A stretch of 54,490 nt of DNA from positions 1-54,490 of the forward strand of contig JBNLBB010000003.1 of the NCBI GenBank assembly GCA_050302415.1. The letters run 5' to 3'. Shown in pieces: positions 21,481-30,976 of the stretch; positions within the stretch are counted from its first letter, which is position 1; every line of letters begins with the position of its first letter. The notes under the pieces were generated by a model. The model saw only the letters and a program-made list of their open reading frames with translations. It had not been told where the DNA came from and searched no databases. The translations under genes and the position numbers were made by a program. The DNA comes from Gammaproteobacteria bacterium (lineage in GTDB: Bacteria > Pseudomonadota > Gammaproteobacteria > JBNLBB01).

Positions 21481-22905
21481 TCACGCTTCAATGGGCAGCC
21501 AGGCGCCCAGGCGGGTGCCGGTGGCCGGGTCGCTATGCAGATCGAATTCACCCCCGAACAGCTCGATGCGCTCACGCATGTTGCCCAGTCCGATACCCTC
21601 ATGACGGGGCATGGCGGTCGGTTCGAAACCCCGGCCGTTGTCGTAGATCTCCAGGTGTACATTGGCGCCTTTTTGATGCAGTTTGAGCTGCACTTTGCAC
21701 GGACCTGCATGACGCTCGATATTGGTAAGTGCCTCCTGGACGACCCGGTAGAGAGTGATTTCCACGTCATCGGGCAACCGCGCGTGCGACAGGGAAAAAA
21801 CCAGTGACGTGGGAAGGCGGGTGCGTTCGCGGAACTGGTCGACCAGATTATCGAGCGCCGCCTCCAGACCCAGATCGTCCAGCAGCCGGGGACGCAGGTC
21901 GTGCGAGATGCGCCGCACCTCCTGAATGGCGTCATTGAGTACCATCTTGCCCTTTTCCAGATCCTGCCTGGTTCGTACCAGCTCGGGTCGTTGCGGCGCG
22001 GCCTCTTGCGCTTTGGCGAGTTTATTTACCGCCGATTCGATGCGGAACTTTACCGACACCATCAATTGGTTGATGCCGTCATGCAACTCCCTTGAGAAAC
22101 GGCGCCGTTCGTTGACCTGGAAGCGTATGGCGCGGTGCGCCAGTTCCCGCAGACGGGCATCGGCAAGCCGGCTTTCGCGCAGGTTGGTGGTAATGCTGAC
22201 CAGTGCGATGACGATCACCGTTCCTACCACGATGGACAGCACGGTGAGAAAGGTGTTGCGAATGTTGTGTGTCACCTGCGTGCGGGTTCTGGCGACTTCC
22301 TTCGCGATGTCGTCAATGTATAACCCGGTTCCCAGCATCCAGCCCCAACGTGGTATGGAGATGGCGTAGCTGATTTTCTCCTCTTCCCTGCCGGTGGAAG
22401 GTTTGTTCCACACGTAGCGGTGATATCCGCCTCCCTCGATGGCAACGCGCAACAGGCTGCGGATCACGTAGTCACCGTTGATGTCCTGCAGATCGTAAAG
22501 ATTTTGTCCCACCAGCTCGTCGAGGATCGGGTGCACCAGGTTGACGCCGTTTCTGTCGTAGACGAAAAAGTAGCCATCCTCGCCGTAAGTGAGCTCGTTG
22601 AGAATCCGCTTGACCTCCGCCTGCGCCCGGTCTTCATCCATGCGCTCATCGCGCACGATGTGGTCGATGGAGGTGAGCGCCAGTTGGATGTAGTTGCGCA
22701 GCTCTCGGCGTTTGGATTCGAGCAGGTGCGATTCAAAAGTGAGAATCTCCTCCTCCGAAAGGTTACGGGCCTGCTCGACGCTCACCAACGTGATCGATCC
22801 GGCCACCAGGACCAGTGGCAGGATCGCCAGCAGCAGCACTTTAGCGCGCAATGAAAGCGGATAACGCCCGGAAACACGGGCCAATTTTCCCAATACTGCG
22901 TTCAT
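21481..22905 (-). CDS. sCache_2 / HisKA_3 sensor histidine kinase
   Basis: YGEDGYFFVYD..LVHP, ERRRFSRELHDGINQ, QEALTNIERHA, DNGRG, GIGLGNM; start 22905 or 22938. Confidence 0.93.
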   Translation of the reverse strand: MNAVLGKLARVSGRYPLSLRAKVLLLAILPLVLVAGSITLVSVEQARNLSEEEILTFESHLLESKRRELRNYIQLALTSIDHIVRDERMDEDRAQAEVKRILNELTYGEDGYFFVYDRNGVNLVHPILDELVGQNLYDLQDINGDYVIRSLLRVAIEGGGYHRYVWNKPSTGREEEKISYAISIPRWGWMLGTGLYIDDIAKEVARTRTQVTHNIRNTFLTVLSIVVGTVIVIALVSITTNLRESRLADARLRELAHRAIRFQVNERRRFSRELHDGINQLMVSVKFRIESAVNKLAKAQEAAPQRPELVRTRQDLEKGKMVLNDAIQEVRRISHDLRPRLLDDLGLEAALDNLVDQFRERTRLPTSLVFSLSHARLPDDVEITLYRVVQEALTNIERHAGPCKVQLKLHQKGANVHLEIYDNGRGFEPTAMPRHEGIGLGNMRERIELFGGEFDLHSDPATGTRLGAWLPIEA

Positions 22906-22982
22906 AAGAATCGACCAAGCTCGACTGTGCCGTATCACCTATCGGCAGATTGGCGGTTGTGATAAGCGCCAATCTTCTTAGC

Positions 22983-24269
22983 CTATTCCAATCCATACAG
23001 ATTGGGGAATAGCAAGATCGACACCACCACGAGAATCTGCAGCAGGATGTAGGGTGTGACACCGCGGTAGATATCGATGGTGCGCACCCCCGGCGGTGCC
23101 ACTCCCTTCAGGTAGAAGAGGCTGAAGCCAAAGGGCGGGGTGAGAAACGACGTCTGCAGGTTCATGGCGATGAGAATGGCGAACCACAGCATGTCCACAC
23201 CGAGCGCCGAGGCAACCGGCGAGAGAATCGGCACAATAATGAAGGTGATCTCCACGAAGTCGATGAAGAAACCCAGCAGCAGAATCACCAGCATCGACAA
23301 CAGCAGGAAGCCCCATTTCTCGCCCGGAAGCTGCAACAGCCACTCCTCTACCAGGGTGTCGCCGCCTGAATAGGTGAACGCCATGGAGAAAGCGGTGGCA
23401 CCCAGCAGGATGGCGAACACCATGGCGGTGATCTTGACCGTCTCCTCTGCGCTTTCGAACAGCATCCGCCACGAGAACTGGCGATAGAGAATGGCCAGAA
23501 TGATCGCCCCGACGCCACCCAGTGCGGAGGACTCGGTGGGCGTGGCAATACCGGCGAAAATGGAGCCAAGCACCACTACGATAAGCGCCAATGGCGGGAG
23601 GATGGCGCGCAATGCCTGCAAATACTCGCGCCGGCGCGACACCTCCCCTTCGAATGGAACGCATGGCGCCGCCCCGGGCTTCCACCAGCTGTAGGCGAGC
23701 ACGTAGACGACGTAAACTCCGATGAGCACCACTCCGGGCCATACCGCGGCTTTGAACAGATCGCCCACCGGGATGCCCAGCACGTCGCCGAGAATGATCA
23801 GGATGATTGACGGCGGAATAATCTGGCCCAGGGTTCCGGAGGCACAGATGGTGCCGCAGGCAAGCGCCTTGTCGTAGCGGTACTTGAGCATCACCGGAAG
23901 GGAGATAAGCCCCATCGCCACCACACTCGCTCCCACCACGCCGGTCGAGGCGGCCAGCAGCGCGCCCACCAGGATGGTGGAGATGGCGAGTCCGCCACGA
24001 AGATTGCCGAACAGGCGTCCCATGGCTTCGAGCAACTGCTCCGCCAGACGGGTGCGCTGCAGTACGATGCCCATGAAGATGAACAGCGGTACCGCCATCA
24101 GCACGGTGTTCTCCATGATGCTCTGGATGCGGAAGGGCATGAAGGCAAACAGTTCCGGCCCGTCGGCAAACACACCGAAGATGAGTGCCACCCCGCCGAA
24201 CGTAAAGGCCACCGGAAAGCCGAACAGCAGCATGCCCAGTGCCACTACAAACATGACGATGCCAATCAC
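22983..24269 (-). CDS. TRAP transporter large permease (DctM family)
   Basis: AVPLFIFMG, GTLGQIIPPS, ATPTES, NLQTSFLTPPFG. Confidence 0.95.
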   Translation of the reverse strand: MIGIVMFVVALGMLLFGFPVAFTFGGVALIFGVFADGPELFAFMPFRIQSIMENTVLMAVPLFIFMGIVLQRTRLAEQLLEAMGRLFGNLRGGLAISTILVGALLAASTGVVGASVVAMGLISLPVMLKYRYDKALACGTICASGTLGQIIPPSIILIILGDVLGIPVGDLFKAAVWPGVVLIGVYVVYVLAYSWWKPGAAPCVPFEGEVSRRREYLQALRAILPPLALIVVVLGSIFAGIATPTESSALGGVGAIILAILYRQFSWRMLFESAEETVKITAMVFAILLGATAFSMAFTYSGGDTLVEEWLLQLPGEKWGFLLLSMLVILLLGFFIDFVEITFIIVPILSPVASALGVDMLWFAILIAMNLQTSFLTPPFGFSLFYLKGVAPPGVRTIDIYRGVTPYILLQILVVVSILLFPNLYGLE

Positions 24270-24278
24270 GTCAACCTC

Positions 24279-24815
24279 CTAGAGTTCGCTGTGGTAGTGG
24301 GGCTGCTCGTGGTATCCCAGCAGCGTATTGAGCGAGGTGAGCAGAAGTCCGCCGCCCGCGAGCGCCATAAAACCGAACGAGACCGGAATCATGGCCTTGA
24401 TGATCCAGCGGTAGGCCAACCCTCCCGGGTCTCCGGAGCGCTCGCCGAGCAGATAGGCCTCGCGCGCGAAGTCGACCCCGTAGGTGGCGACCAGTAAGCA
24501 GAACGGAAACAGCAGGATCAGCGTGCCGAGCAGATCGATCCATGCCTTCGGCCTGGAGCCCAACCGCTCGTAAATGAGATCGACACGCACATGGCCGCCC
24601 ACTGCGAGGGCGTAGGGTACGCCGAGCAGGAACATGGCGGAGAAGAGGTGCCATTCCAACTCCTGCATGCCGATGGAGACGTCGTTGAACACATAACGCG
24701 TCACCACATCGTAGGCGACGTTGGCGAGCAGACACAGGAACAGCAGCGCGGTCAGTTTCCCCAGTCCGTGGGAGATCTGCTGGATGCGCTGCTCGACTCG
24801 GATTAAAAACGGCAT
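24279..24815 (-). CDS. TRAP transporter small permease (DctQ family)
   Basis: DVVTRYVF, QELEWHLF, HVRVDLIY, SGDPGGL. Confidence 0.93.
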   Translation of the reverse strand: MPFLIRVEQRIQQISHGLGKLTALLFLCLLANVAYDVVTRYVFNDVSIGMQELEWHLFSAMFLLGVPYALAVGGHVRVDLIYERLGSRPKAWIDLLGTLILLFPFCLLVATYGVDFAREAYLLGERSGDPGGLAYRWIIKAMIPVSFGFMALAGGGLLLTSLNTLLGYHEQPHYHSEL

Positions 24816-24842
24816 GTTCGGACTCCGCTGGTGCAACAATCT

Positions 24843-24869
24843 CGGCGGGGTGGCGACACCACCCCGCCG
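24843..24869 (-). other. Perfect 11-bp stem-loop after TRAP binding-protein gene
   Basis: CGGCGGGGTGG-CGACA-CCACCCCGCCG. Confidence 0.6.
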
Positions 24870-24879
24870 GATTCCCACA

Positions 24880-25956
24880 TCAGTCGTTGAGAGCGTTGAA
24901 GTAGGCGTTGTCGGAGATGAGGCTCCAGGAGCGGGCCTTGCTCAGGTACTGCGCCTGCGATTCGAGAATCTCCTTGGCCAGCGGATCGGAACTGGCCGCT
25001 TCGGCCAGCAGTTCCTGGTTGGCTTTGGCCAGCGCGGCGAATACCTCCTTGGGGAAGGTCTTCACCTTCACGCCCGGATATTCGCGGCGGATAGCGTCCC
25101 AGTTCTCGGCACTGGCGTGGTAGGACTCGATGTACATGTCGTAGGCAGCGGTGCGCATGGCCACGCGCAGAATCTCGCGCAGATCGTCGGGCAGGCCGCC
25201 CCAGGTCTTCTTGTTGACCATGAAGTTGAGTTCGGTGCCTGGTTCGTGCCAACCGGTGTAGTAGTAGGGGGCGATTTTGTGGAAACCCATACGCAGATCG
25301 AGCGACGGGCCCACCCACTCGAGGGCGTCGATGGTGCGCCGCTCAAGCGCCGTGTAGAGCTCGCCGGGTGGGATGTTGGTGGGTTTGGCGCCCAGCTTGG
25401 CGAGCACCTCGCCGGCGAATCCGGGGATGCGCATTTTCAGCCCCTGGAGATCGGCCAGCGAGTTGATCTCCTTCTGAAACCAGCCGCCCATCTGATTACC
25501 GGTATTGCCGCCGGGGAACGAGAGCAGGCCATAGTCGCTGTAGACCTTCTCCATCAGTGCCATACCGCCGCCGAAGTAGAACCAGGCGTACTGCTCCGGC
25601 GCCGTCATGCCGAAGGGCATGCTGGTGAAATAGAGGGTGTTGGGAACCTTGCCCTTGTAGTAATAGGAGGCGGAGTGGCCCATGTCGTATTGGCCGGAGC
25701 GGACCATGTCGAAGATGCCGAAGGGCGACTTGTGCTTGTTGGCGGAATCGATACTGATCTTCAGCCGTCCCTTAGACATTGCTTCGGCCATTTGCGCCAT
25801 GTTCTTGGTCGCCTCGCCGAAGATGGGAAAGTTGGGTGGCCAGCTTTCCGCCAGCTTCAGGCGGTAGACCTTGTCCGCGGCGGCGGCTGGTTGAAGCAGT
25901 GAGACGGCGCACATGGCGGCCGCCAGCAGCAATCCTGGAATTCTGAACTTGAGCAT
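24880..25956 (-). CDS. TRAP substrate-binding protein (TakP-like, monocarboxylate/2-oxoacid)
   Basis: Signal peptide; GHSASYYY, GNTGNQMGGWF, KMRIPG, EWVGP, GWHEPG. Confidence 0.92.
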   Translation of the reverse strand: MLKFRIPGLLLAAAMCAVSLLQPAAAADKVYRLKLAESWPPNFPIFGEATKNMAQMAEAMSKGRLKISIDSANKHKSPFGIFDMVRSGQYDMGHSASYYYKGKVPNTLYFTSMPFGMTAPEQYAWFYFGGGMALMEKVYSDYGLLSFPGGNTGNQMGGWFQKEINSLADLQGLKMRIPGFAGEVLAKLGAKPTNIPPGELYTALERRTIDALEWVGPSLDLRMGFHKIAPYYYTGWHEPGTELNFMVNKKTWGGLPDDLREILRVAMRTAAYDMYIESYHASAENWDAIRREYPGVKVKTFPKEVFAALAKANQELLAEAASSDPLAKEILESQAQYLSKARSWSLISDNAYFNALND

Positions 25957-26358
25957 TGTCTGGTGTCCTCTACTGGTGTTCCTGGCATTTGCGCCGGGGT
26001 GCGACATGCATCGCCGACACAGGTGCATGGTCGCAATCGCAGGTGCAGCGAACCATTCGCAGAAGTGCGCAGCAGAGCGTCAGGATTTCACTCAGGGATG
26101 GGTGCGGAAAATACGGTATACGTATCGGTATTAATACGTAGACGGGACGCCCGTTGAGTGGATCCGATACACAAGGGAAATGGGGTCCGGGTGAGGCGAT
26201 TTCATTTGCAAGTTTACGTCCAGCACAACACACAACCCAGCGGTCGTATTCCTCTCGAACGGATCAGCGCCATTTTTGACAATACCGGCAGCAGCCGATG
26301 AAACGTGGCGTCCGGGTGCGGTATGCTGCGCTGAACCCTTTACCATGATCTGCAGGCA

Positions 26359-26655
26359 ATGAGTCAGAAAACCTTTCCCTGGATTGCGGCAACCCTCGGC
26401 CTGGTATTACTGGGCGTTCTGTTTGCGGCGGGCGGGTTGACTGGAGACGGCCAACCGAAACTGCCGGCCCTGACGCTGCTTTTTATCTGCGAGTTCGGAT
26501 TTCTGGTGACCGGGGCCGGCATCTATTTCGCCGCCAGGCGGTGGTTGACACAGCGCAGTCTGTTGCCACAGTTGCTGTTGGCCTTTCTTTGTGCACTGCT
26601 GGCCCTGGCGTTCTCGACCATCGGCTTCATGCTGTGGGAACGCATCTCCGGCTGA
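26359..26655 (+). CDS. Small hypothetical membrane protein (3 predicted TMs)
   Basis: 98 aa, strongly hydrophobic, LPALTLLFICEFGF. Confidence 0.7.
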   Translation: MSQKTFPWIAATLGLVLLGVLFAAGGLTGDGQPKLPALTLLFICEFGFLVTGAGIYFAARRWLTQRSLLPQLLLAFLCALLALAFSTIGFMLWERISG

Positions 26656-26671
26656 CCTGTTATGGGAGCGA

Positions 26672-27439
26672 TCAGTCCACGCCGTAACCGAATTCTCGCT
26701 TGATCGCTGCGGCTTCCGGCCCGCCCAGAAACGCTAAAAATTGACGTGCCGCACTGTTTTCCCGCCCCTGGACCAGCAATACGGCGTCCTGGGCGATGGG
26801 GGGATAGAGCGCCTGCGGAACGAGCCAGCGAGACCCTGCCCGATGCCGCACAATCTGGGAGAGGGAGACGAACCCCAACTCGGCATTGCCCGTCTCCACG
26901 AACTGGTAGGTTTGTGCAATATTGTTGCCGCGCACGATGCGTGCGGCCACTGCCTCATAGACTCCCAGCGCATTCAGCACCGCCACGGCTGCCGATCCGT
27001 ATGGCGCGGTGACCGGATTGGCAATGGCCAGTCTGCGGAAATCACTCCCGGTAAGCGACCGTGCATCGCTTACCCGCGCATCGTCCTTGCTGAAGAGCAC
27101 GAGCTTTCCCGTTGCGTAAGTGAACCGGCTCCCAGCTACGGCGTATCCTTCCGTAACCGCCCGTTTCGGCCTCTCCTGATCAGCGGCCAGAAACACGTCA
27201 AATGGCGCGCCCTGGGCAATCTGGGTGAAGAGCTGGCCGGTGGAGCCGAAGCTGTAGCGCACCGTATGTCCGGTGGACCGGGTGAACTGCGCACCGATGG
27301 CCCTGGCCGCCTCCGTGAAATTGGCGGCAGCGGCGACCCGCACTTCGCCGGCAGCCGCAGCGCCGGCGATCAGCAGGCAGCCGGCGAACAGGGTGGTCAG
27401 CAGTCGCCTGAGTGGCAAAAAAAATCGTCCGGGATCCAT
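26672..27439 (-). CDS. modA: Molybdate ABC transporter substrate-binding protein
   Basis: VAAAANF, FGSTGQL, GAPFDVFLAAD, IANPVTAPYG, GFVSLSQ; signal peptide. Confidence 0.93.
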   Translation of the reverse strand: MDPGRFFLPLRRLLTTLFAGCLLIAGAAAAGEVRVAAAANFTEAARAIGAQFTRSTGHTVRYSFGSTGQLFTQIAQGAPFDVFLAADQERPKRAVTEGYAVAGSRFTYATGKLVLFSKDDARVSDARSLTGSDFRRLAIANPVTAPYGSAAVAVLNALGVYEAVAARIVRGNNIAQTYQFVETGNAELGFVSLSQIVRHRAGSRWLVPQALYPPIAQDAVLLVQGRENSAARQFLAFLGGPEAAAIKREFGYGVD

Positions 27440-27625
27440 TTGGTTTTTCCCCTGGCTAGCGCGCCTGCGGAACTGTCCGGTGGGGGTGGCAATTCGACAG
27501 CGAATCCGTGGCATCATAATGCGCCACCCGCGGCAGGCCAAATGGCCCGTTCCGCGCGGTATCTGCCGGAACGGTGGGTGGAGGTCTAAAAGGAAAGGTG
27601 GAGGGAATCGGGCGCCAGATGCCTC

Positions 27626-28087
27626 TCAAGGCCCGTCCGGGTCGCCAAAATGGCGTCCGACGTACTCACTAACCCAGCGTGAACCGTCCGCGTGGTCCAG
27701 AAAGGCGTTTACCGCGTCCACATACAGCATGTCCTCACGCTGGATGTGGCCGATCAGCCAGGTGCAGAGCATGCCGTGGAGCTCCTCAACCACCGCTTCT
27801 CCGCCCAGGTGCCTGCGCCGAATATCCCCGATTCGCGCAATAAAGGCGTTGTGCTGCATTTTGTGGGCGGCCGTTCCCGCGAACCCCGCCTCTTCCTGCA
27901 GGCACTCCTCAAAGGCGAAATGGGACTGGGTGTAGTCGACCAGCCCCACCAGCACCGCTTCCATGGTTTCGGCCCGCTGGGAGTCGACGCCGCCTTCAAG
28001 TGCGTTGATGTATTCCAAAATGCGTCGATGCTGTCCGTCGATCACATCGATGCCCGTATTGAGACTTGGATTCCAGTCGATAGGCAT
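27626..28087 (-). CDS. Bacteriohemerythrin
   Basis: IDGQH, HFAFEE, HKMQH, WLIGHIQRED: complete di-iron ligand set. Confidence 0.92.
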   Translation of the reverse strand: MPIDWNPSLNTGIDVIDGQHRRILEYINALEGGVDSQRAETMEAVLVGLVDYTQSHFAFEECLQEEAGFAGTAAHKMQHNAFIARIGDIRRRHLGGEAVVEELHGMLCTWLIGHIQREDMLYVDAVNAFLDHADGSRWVSEYVGRHFGDPDGP

Positions 28088-28619
28088 GCTGCTCTCCTAG
28101 CTGTGGTTCGCGTTCGCGGGCTGCCCGTCCGTTGGCTGTCGCGGTCACCCAATGAAGGGGGCAGCTCCCGATGGACCGTCCCGCTCCTGGAGTTGAATCG
28201 CCTGTGCCACAGCGTTCAGGCAACCTGTCAGGTACTGGAGCTGAACGTCGAGGACAGGGATGTCGGTGCTGAAAGTCACATTCCACTGGACGGCAATGGC
28301 ACGCCTGCGGTGGTGGGTGGCGGCGTCGTTCCCGTCAATCCATTGGAGTGAATCGATTGCCCCTAATCAAACCACGTTCAGATACAGCAACAAATGGGTA
28401 TTTAAGCAAAAATTTATTGGTTTGTTTGTGAATTCAGTCTGCGGTGATTCGTCAAAACTCGTAACGTCATTTGGTACAGGTTCCTTTGGCCCTGGGTGAA
28501 AGTTCCTTGCGGATCACTGTCGGGTGCCCGCAGGGTCGTGTAACCTCCACACACTTCCCCATTCGCCGGATGGAAAAATTGCACTATTCGTACACGGGTA
28601 CAGGCGGGAGGACCGCCCC

Positions 28620-28961
28620 ATGAAACAGGTCATTGTGGTCAATGAATCTCTGCGCCTGCCGCGCGGAAAGTTGTCGGCGCAGGTGGCGCACGCCGCGGTC
28701 GGCGCATTGATGGCAGCGGACAAGACCGCGCAGCGTCAATGGCTCACTTCCGGAATGCCCAAAGTGGTTCTGCGCTGCGATTCCGACGAGCAACTCCGGG
28801 AGCTGGAGCGCAGCGCCAAAGAGGCAGGATTGCCGGTAGTCGCCATCCGCGACGCGGGGCACACCGTGGTCTCTCCGGGGACCTTCACCTGTATTGGGAT
28901 CGGCCCCGCGGAAGTGCGCGACATTGATGCGGTCACCGGCCAACTGCCGCTGGTGGACTGA
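28620..28961 (+). CDS. pth2: Peptidyl-tRNA hydrolase, Pth2 type
   Basis: KQVIVV, GKLSAQVAHAA, KVVL, IRDAGHT, CIGIGP, IDAVTG; RBS GGAGG. Confidence 0.88.
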   Translation: MKQVIVVNESLRLPRGKLSAQVAHAAVGALMAADKTAQRQWLTSGMPKVVLRCDSDEQLRELERSAKEAGLPVVAIRDAGHTVVSPGTFTCIGIGPAEVRDIDAVTGQLPLVD

Positions 28962-28965
28962 GCGG

Positions 28966-29787
28966 ATGACCGTGTCACAGCAACAGCTTGGAGAACAGTT
29001 CGCGGCGCTTCACCGGGCGTGTTTCGTGATTCCCAACCCCTGGGATGCGGGCAGTGCCCGAATTCTTGAGCGCCTGGGATTCAGGGCGCTGGCGGGCACC
29101 AGTGCGGGGTATGCCTTCTCCATCGGCCGCCGCGACATGGCGCAGCAGCTTTCGCGTGAGGAGATGCTGGGCTATCTGACGACCCTGGTCACCGCCACCG
29201 CGCTTCCGGTGAGCGCCGATCTCGAGCACGGCTACGGCGCGGCGCCGGAGGAGGTGGCGCAGACCATCCGCCTGGCGGCGGCCACCGGGGTGGTCGGCGG
29301 CTCAATCGAGGATGTGACCGGCGACCCCGGCGCGCCCCTCTACCCGGTTGAGCAGGCCGCGGAGCGCATTGCGGCGGCGGCCGAGGCCAAAGCCGGACTA
29401 CCGTTTCAGTTCACGCTCACTGCGCGCGCGGAAAACTATCTGCTGGGTCGGCCGGATCTGGCGGATACCATCCGGCGTCTGCAGCGATACCAGGAGGCGG
29501 GCGCCGATGTGCTGTACGCTCCCGGGCTGCAGAGCGCGGAGGATATCCGCTCCGTGGTCAATTCTGTTGATCGGCCGGTCAATGTGGTGATGGGTCTGCA
29601 GGGGGTGCGGCTGAGTGTGATTGAATTGGCGGCGCTGGGGGTGAAACGGATCAGTGTCGGATCCTCCATGGCCCGTGCCGCCTACGGCGCGTTGATCGCC
29701 GCGGCCACCGAAATCGGGGAGCACGGCACCTTCACCTTTGCCGACGGCGCCGTGCCGTTCGGCGCCATCAATGACTACTTCAGGTAG
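28966..29787 (+). CDS. Isocitrate lyase / PEP mutase superfamily protein
   Basis: PNPWDAGSA, ADLEHGYG, SIED, ARAE, YQEAGADVLYAPG, RISVG. Confidence 0.88.
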   Translation: MTVSQQQLGEQFAALHRACFVIPNPWDAGSARILERLGFRALAGTSAGYAFSIGRRDMAQQLSREEMLGYLTTLVTATALPVSADLEHGYGAAPEEVAQTIRLAAATGVVGGSIEDVTGDPGAPLYPVEQAAERIAAAAEAKAGLPFQFTLTARAENYLLGRPDLADTIRRLQRYQEAGADVLYAPGLQSAEDIRSVVNSVDRPVNVVMGLQGVRLSVIELAALGVKRISVGSSMARAAYGALIAAATEIGEHGTFTFADGAVPFGAINDYFR

Positions 29788-30054
29788 TCACTCCTCCTGC
29801 AGCAGCGGGTGATCCGCGGGCAGTTGGTGCGACAGCCACATGGCCAGCTTGTGGCGCATGCTCTGCTGCGATACCTGCTCCTCGGGAAGCGGCTGCATCA
29901 CGCCATCGTGCACCAGCAGCCGGTAGAGAAACTCCACTTTGGTGTTCTGCGAATCGGAAGGGTCGAATTGGGCGGCGCCGCGCGCTTCGGCGTAGCGGAC
30001 ACCGATTCGGATGGCCTCCTTGGTGAGCGCAGCTTCGTTTTTCAGCTTTTTCAT
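29788..30054 (-). CDS. DUF5062-like protein
   Basis: MKKLKNEAAL...YRLLVHD...RHKLAMW...DHPLL. Confidence 0.7.
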   Translation of the reverse strand: MKKLKNEAALTKEAIRIGVRYAEARGAAQFDPSDSQNTKVEFLYRLLVHDGVMQPLPEEQVSQQSMRHKLAMWLSHQLPADHPLLQEE

Positions 30055-30285
30055 GGTGCCCCCACAAGATCTCGGTTCGGCCCACAGTATACGCAAATAA
30101 ACGGGGCACCTGTCGTCTGAAGGTGAGTGTTTACTAATCGTTAACCCGGCAGGATTGCTGCTGACGACAGCCATTCAAAAACATTGAACCGTTCGCTCGG
30201 AATTTTCCGCTTTCCGGGTTGCCGATTATCCCCGACCCTGGCCGCTCACTTCTGTACCAATCGAGTCCTTCGAGGAGAGTGTCGC

Positions 30286-30897
30286 ATGAAGATCCTGATA
30301 CCGTTCTACTCCACCTACGGGCACATCTATCACATGGCCGAGGCGATTGCCGAAGGGGTCCGGCAGGTCAACGGTGCGGAAGCGCTGTTGCGTCGTGTCC
30401 CGGAGACCCTGCCTCGGGAGGTGCTGGAGAGCATGGGTGCCGTGGAGGCGCAGAAGGCGTTTGCCCAGGTGCCGGTGTGCACGGTCAACGAACTGGCTGA
30501 GGCCGATGGCATCATCTTCGGCACGCCCACCCGGTTCGGCAACATGTGTGCGCAGATGCGCAGCTTTCTGGACGCCACCGGCCAGCTCTGGATGCAGGGT
30601 TCGCTGGTCGGCAAGCCGGGTGGCGTCTTCACCTGCTCCGCTACCCAGCACGGAGGTCAGGAGTCAACCATCCTCAGCTTCCACATCACCCTGCTGCATC
30701 AAGGTATGGTGGTGGTTGGTCTGCCCTACGCCTACCAGGGACAGATGGGGGTGGATGAAATCGTCGGCGGCTCGCCCTATGGTGCCTCGACTATCGCCGG
30801 GGGCCAGGGGGAGCGGATGCCGAGCCAGCGCGAACTGGATGGTGCCCGGTTCCAGGGGCGGCACACCGCGGAGATCGCCGCCAAACTGCGCGCCTGA
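30286..30897 (+). CDS. wrbA: NAD(P)H:quinone oxidoreductase WrbA
   Basis: [38 protein letters not shown]. Confidence 0.95.
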   Translation: MKILIPFYSTYGHIYHMAEAIAEGVRQVNGAEALLRRVPETLPREVLESMGAVEAQKAFAQVPVCTVNELAEADGIIFGTPTRFGNMCAQMRSFLDATGQLWMQGSLVGKPGGVFTCSATQHGGQESTILSFHITLLHQGMVVVGLPYAYQGQMGVDEIVGGSPYGASTIAGGQGERMPSQRELDGARFQGRHTAEIAAKLRA

Positions 30898-30910
30898 AGG
30901 AGAGGGCCGG

Positions 30911-30944
30911 AAAAAAAGAACCGGGCCACGCGACCCGGTTCTTT
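30911..30944. terminator. Bidirectional intrinsic terminator
   Basis: AAAGAACCGGG-N8-CCCGGTTCTTT with an A-run on the left, between convergent genes. Confidence 0.8.
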
Positions 30945-30976
30945 CGCTGTTGGATATAACAGTCGGACGGTGGCAA

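Noticed and set aside
27440-27625. ModE box or Moco RNA upstream of modA
   Set aside because: No CGxTATATA-like palindrome or recognisable motif
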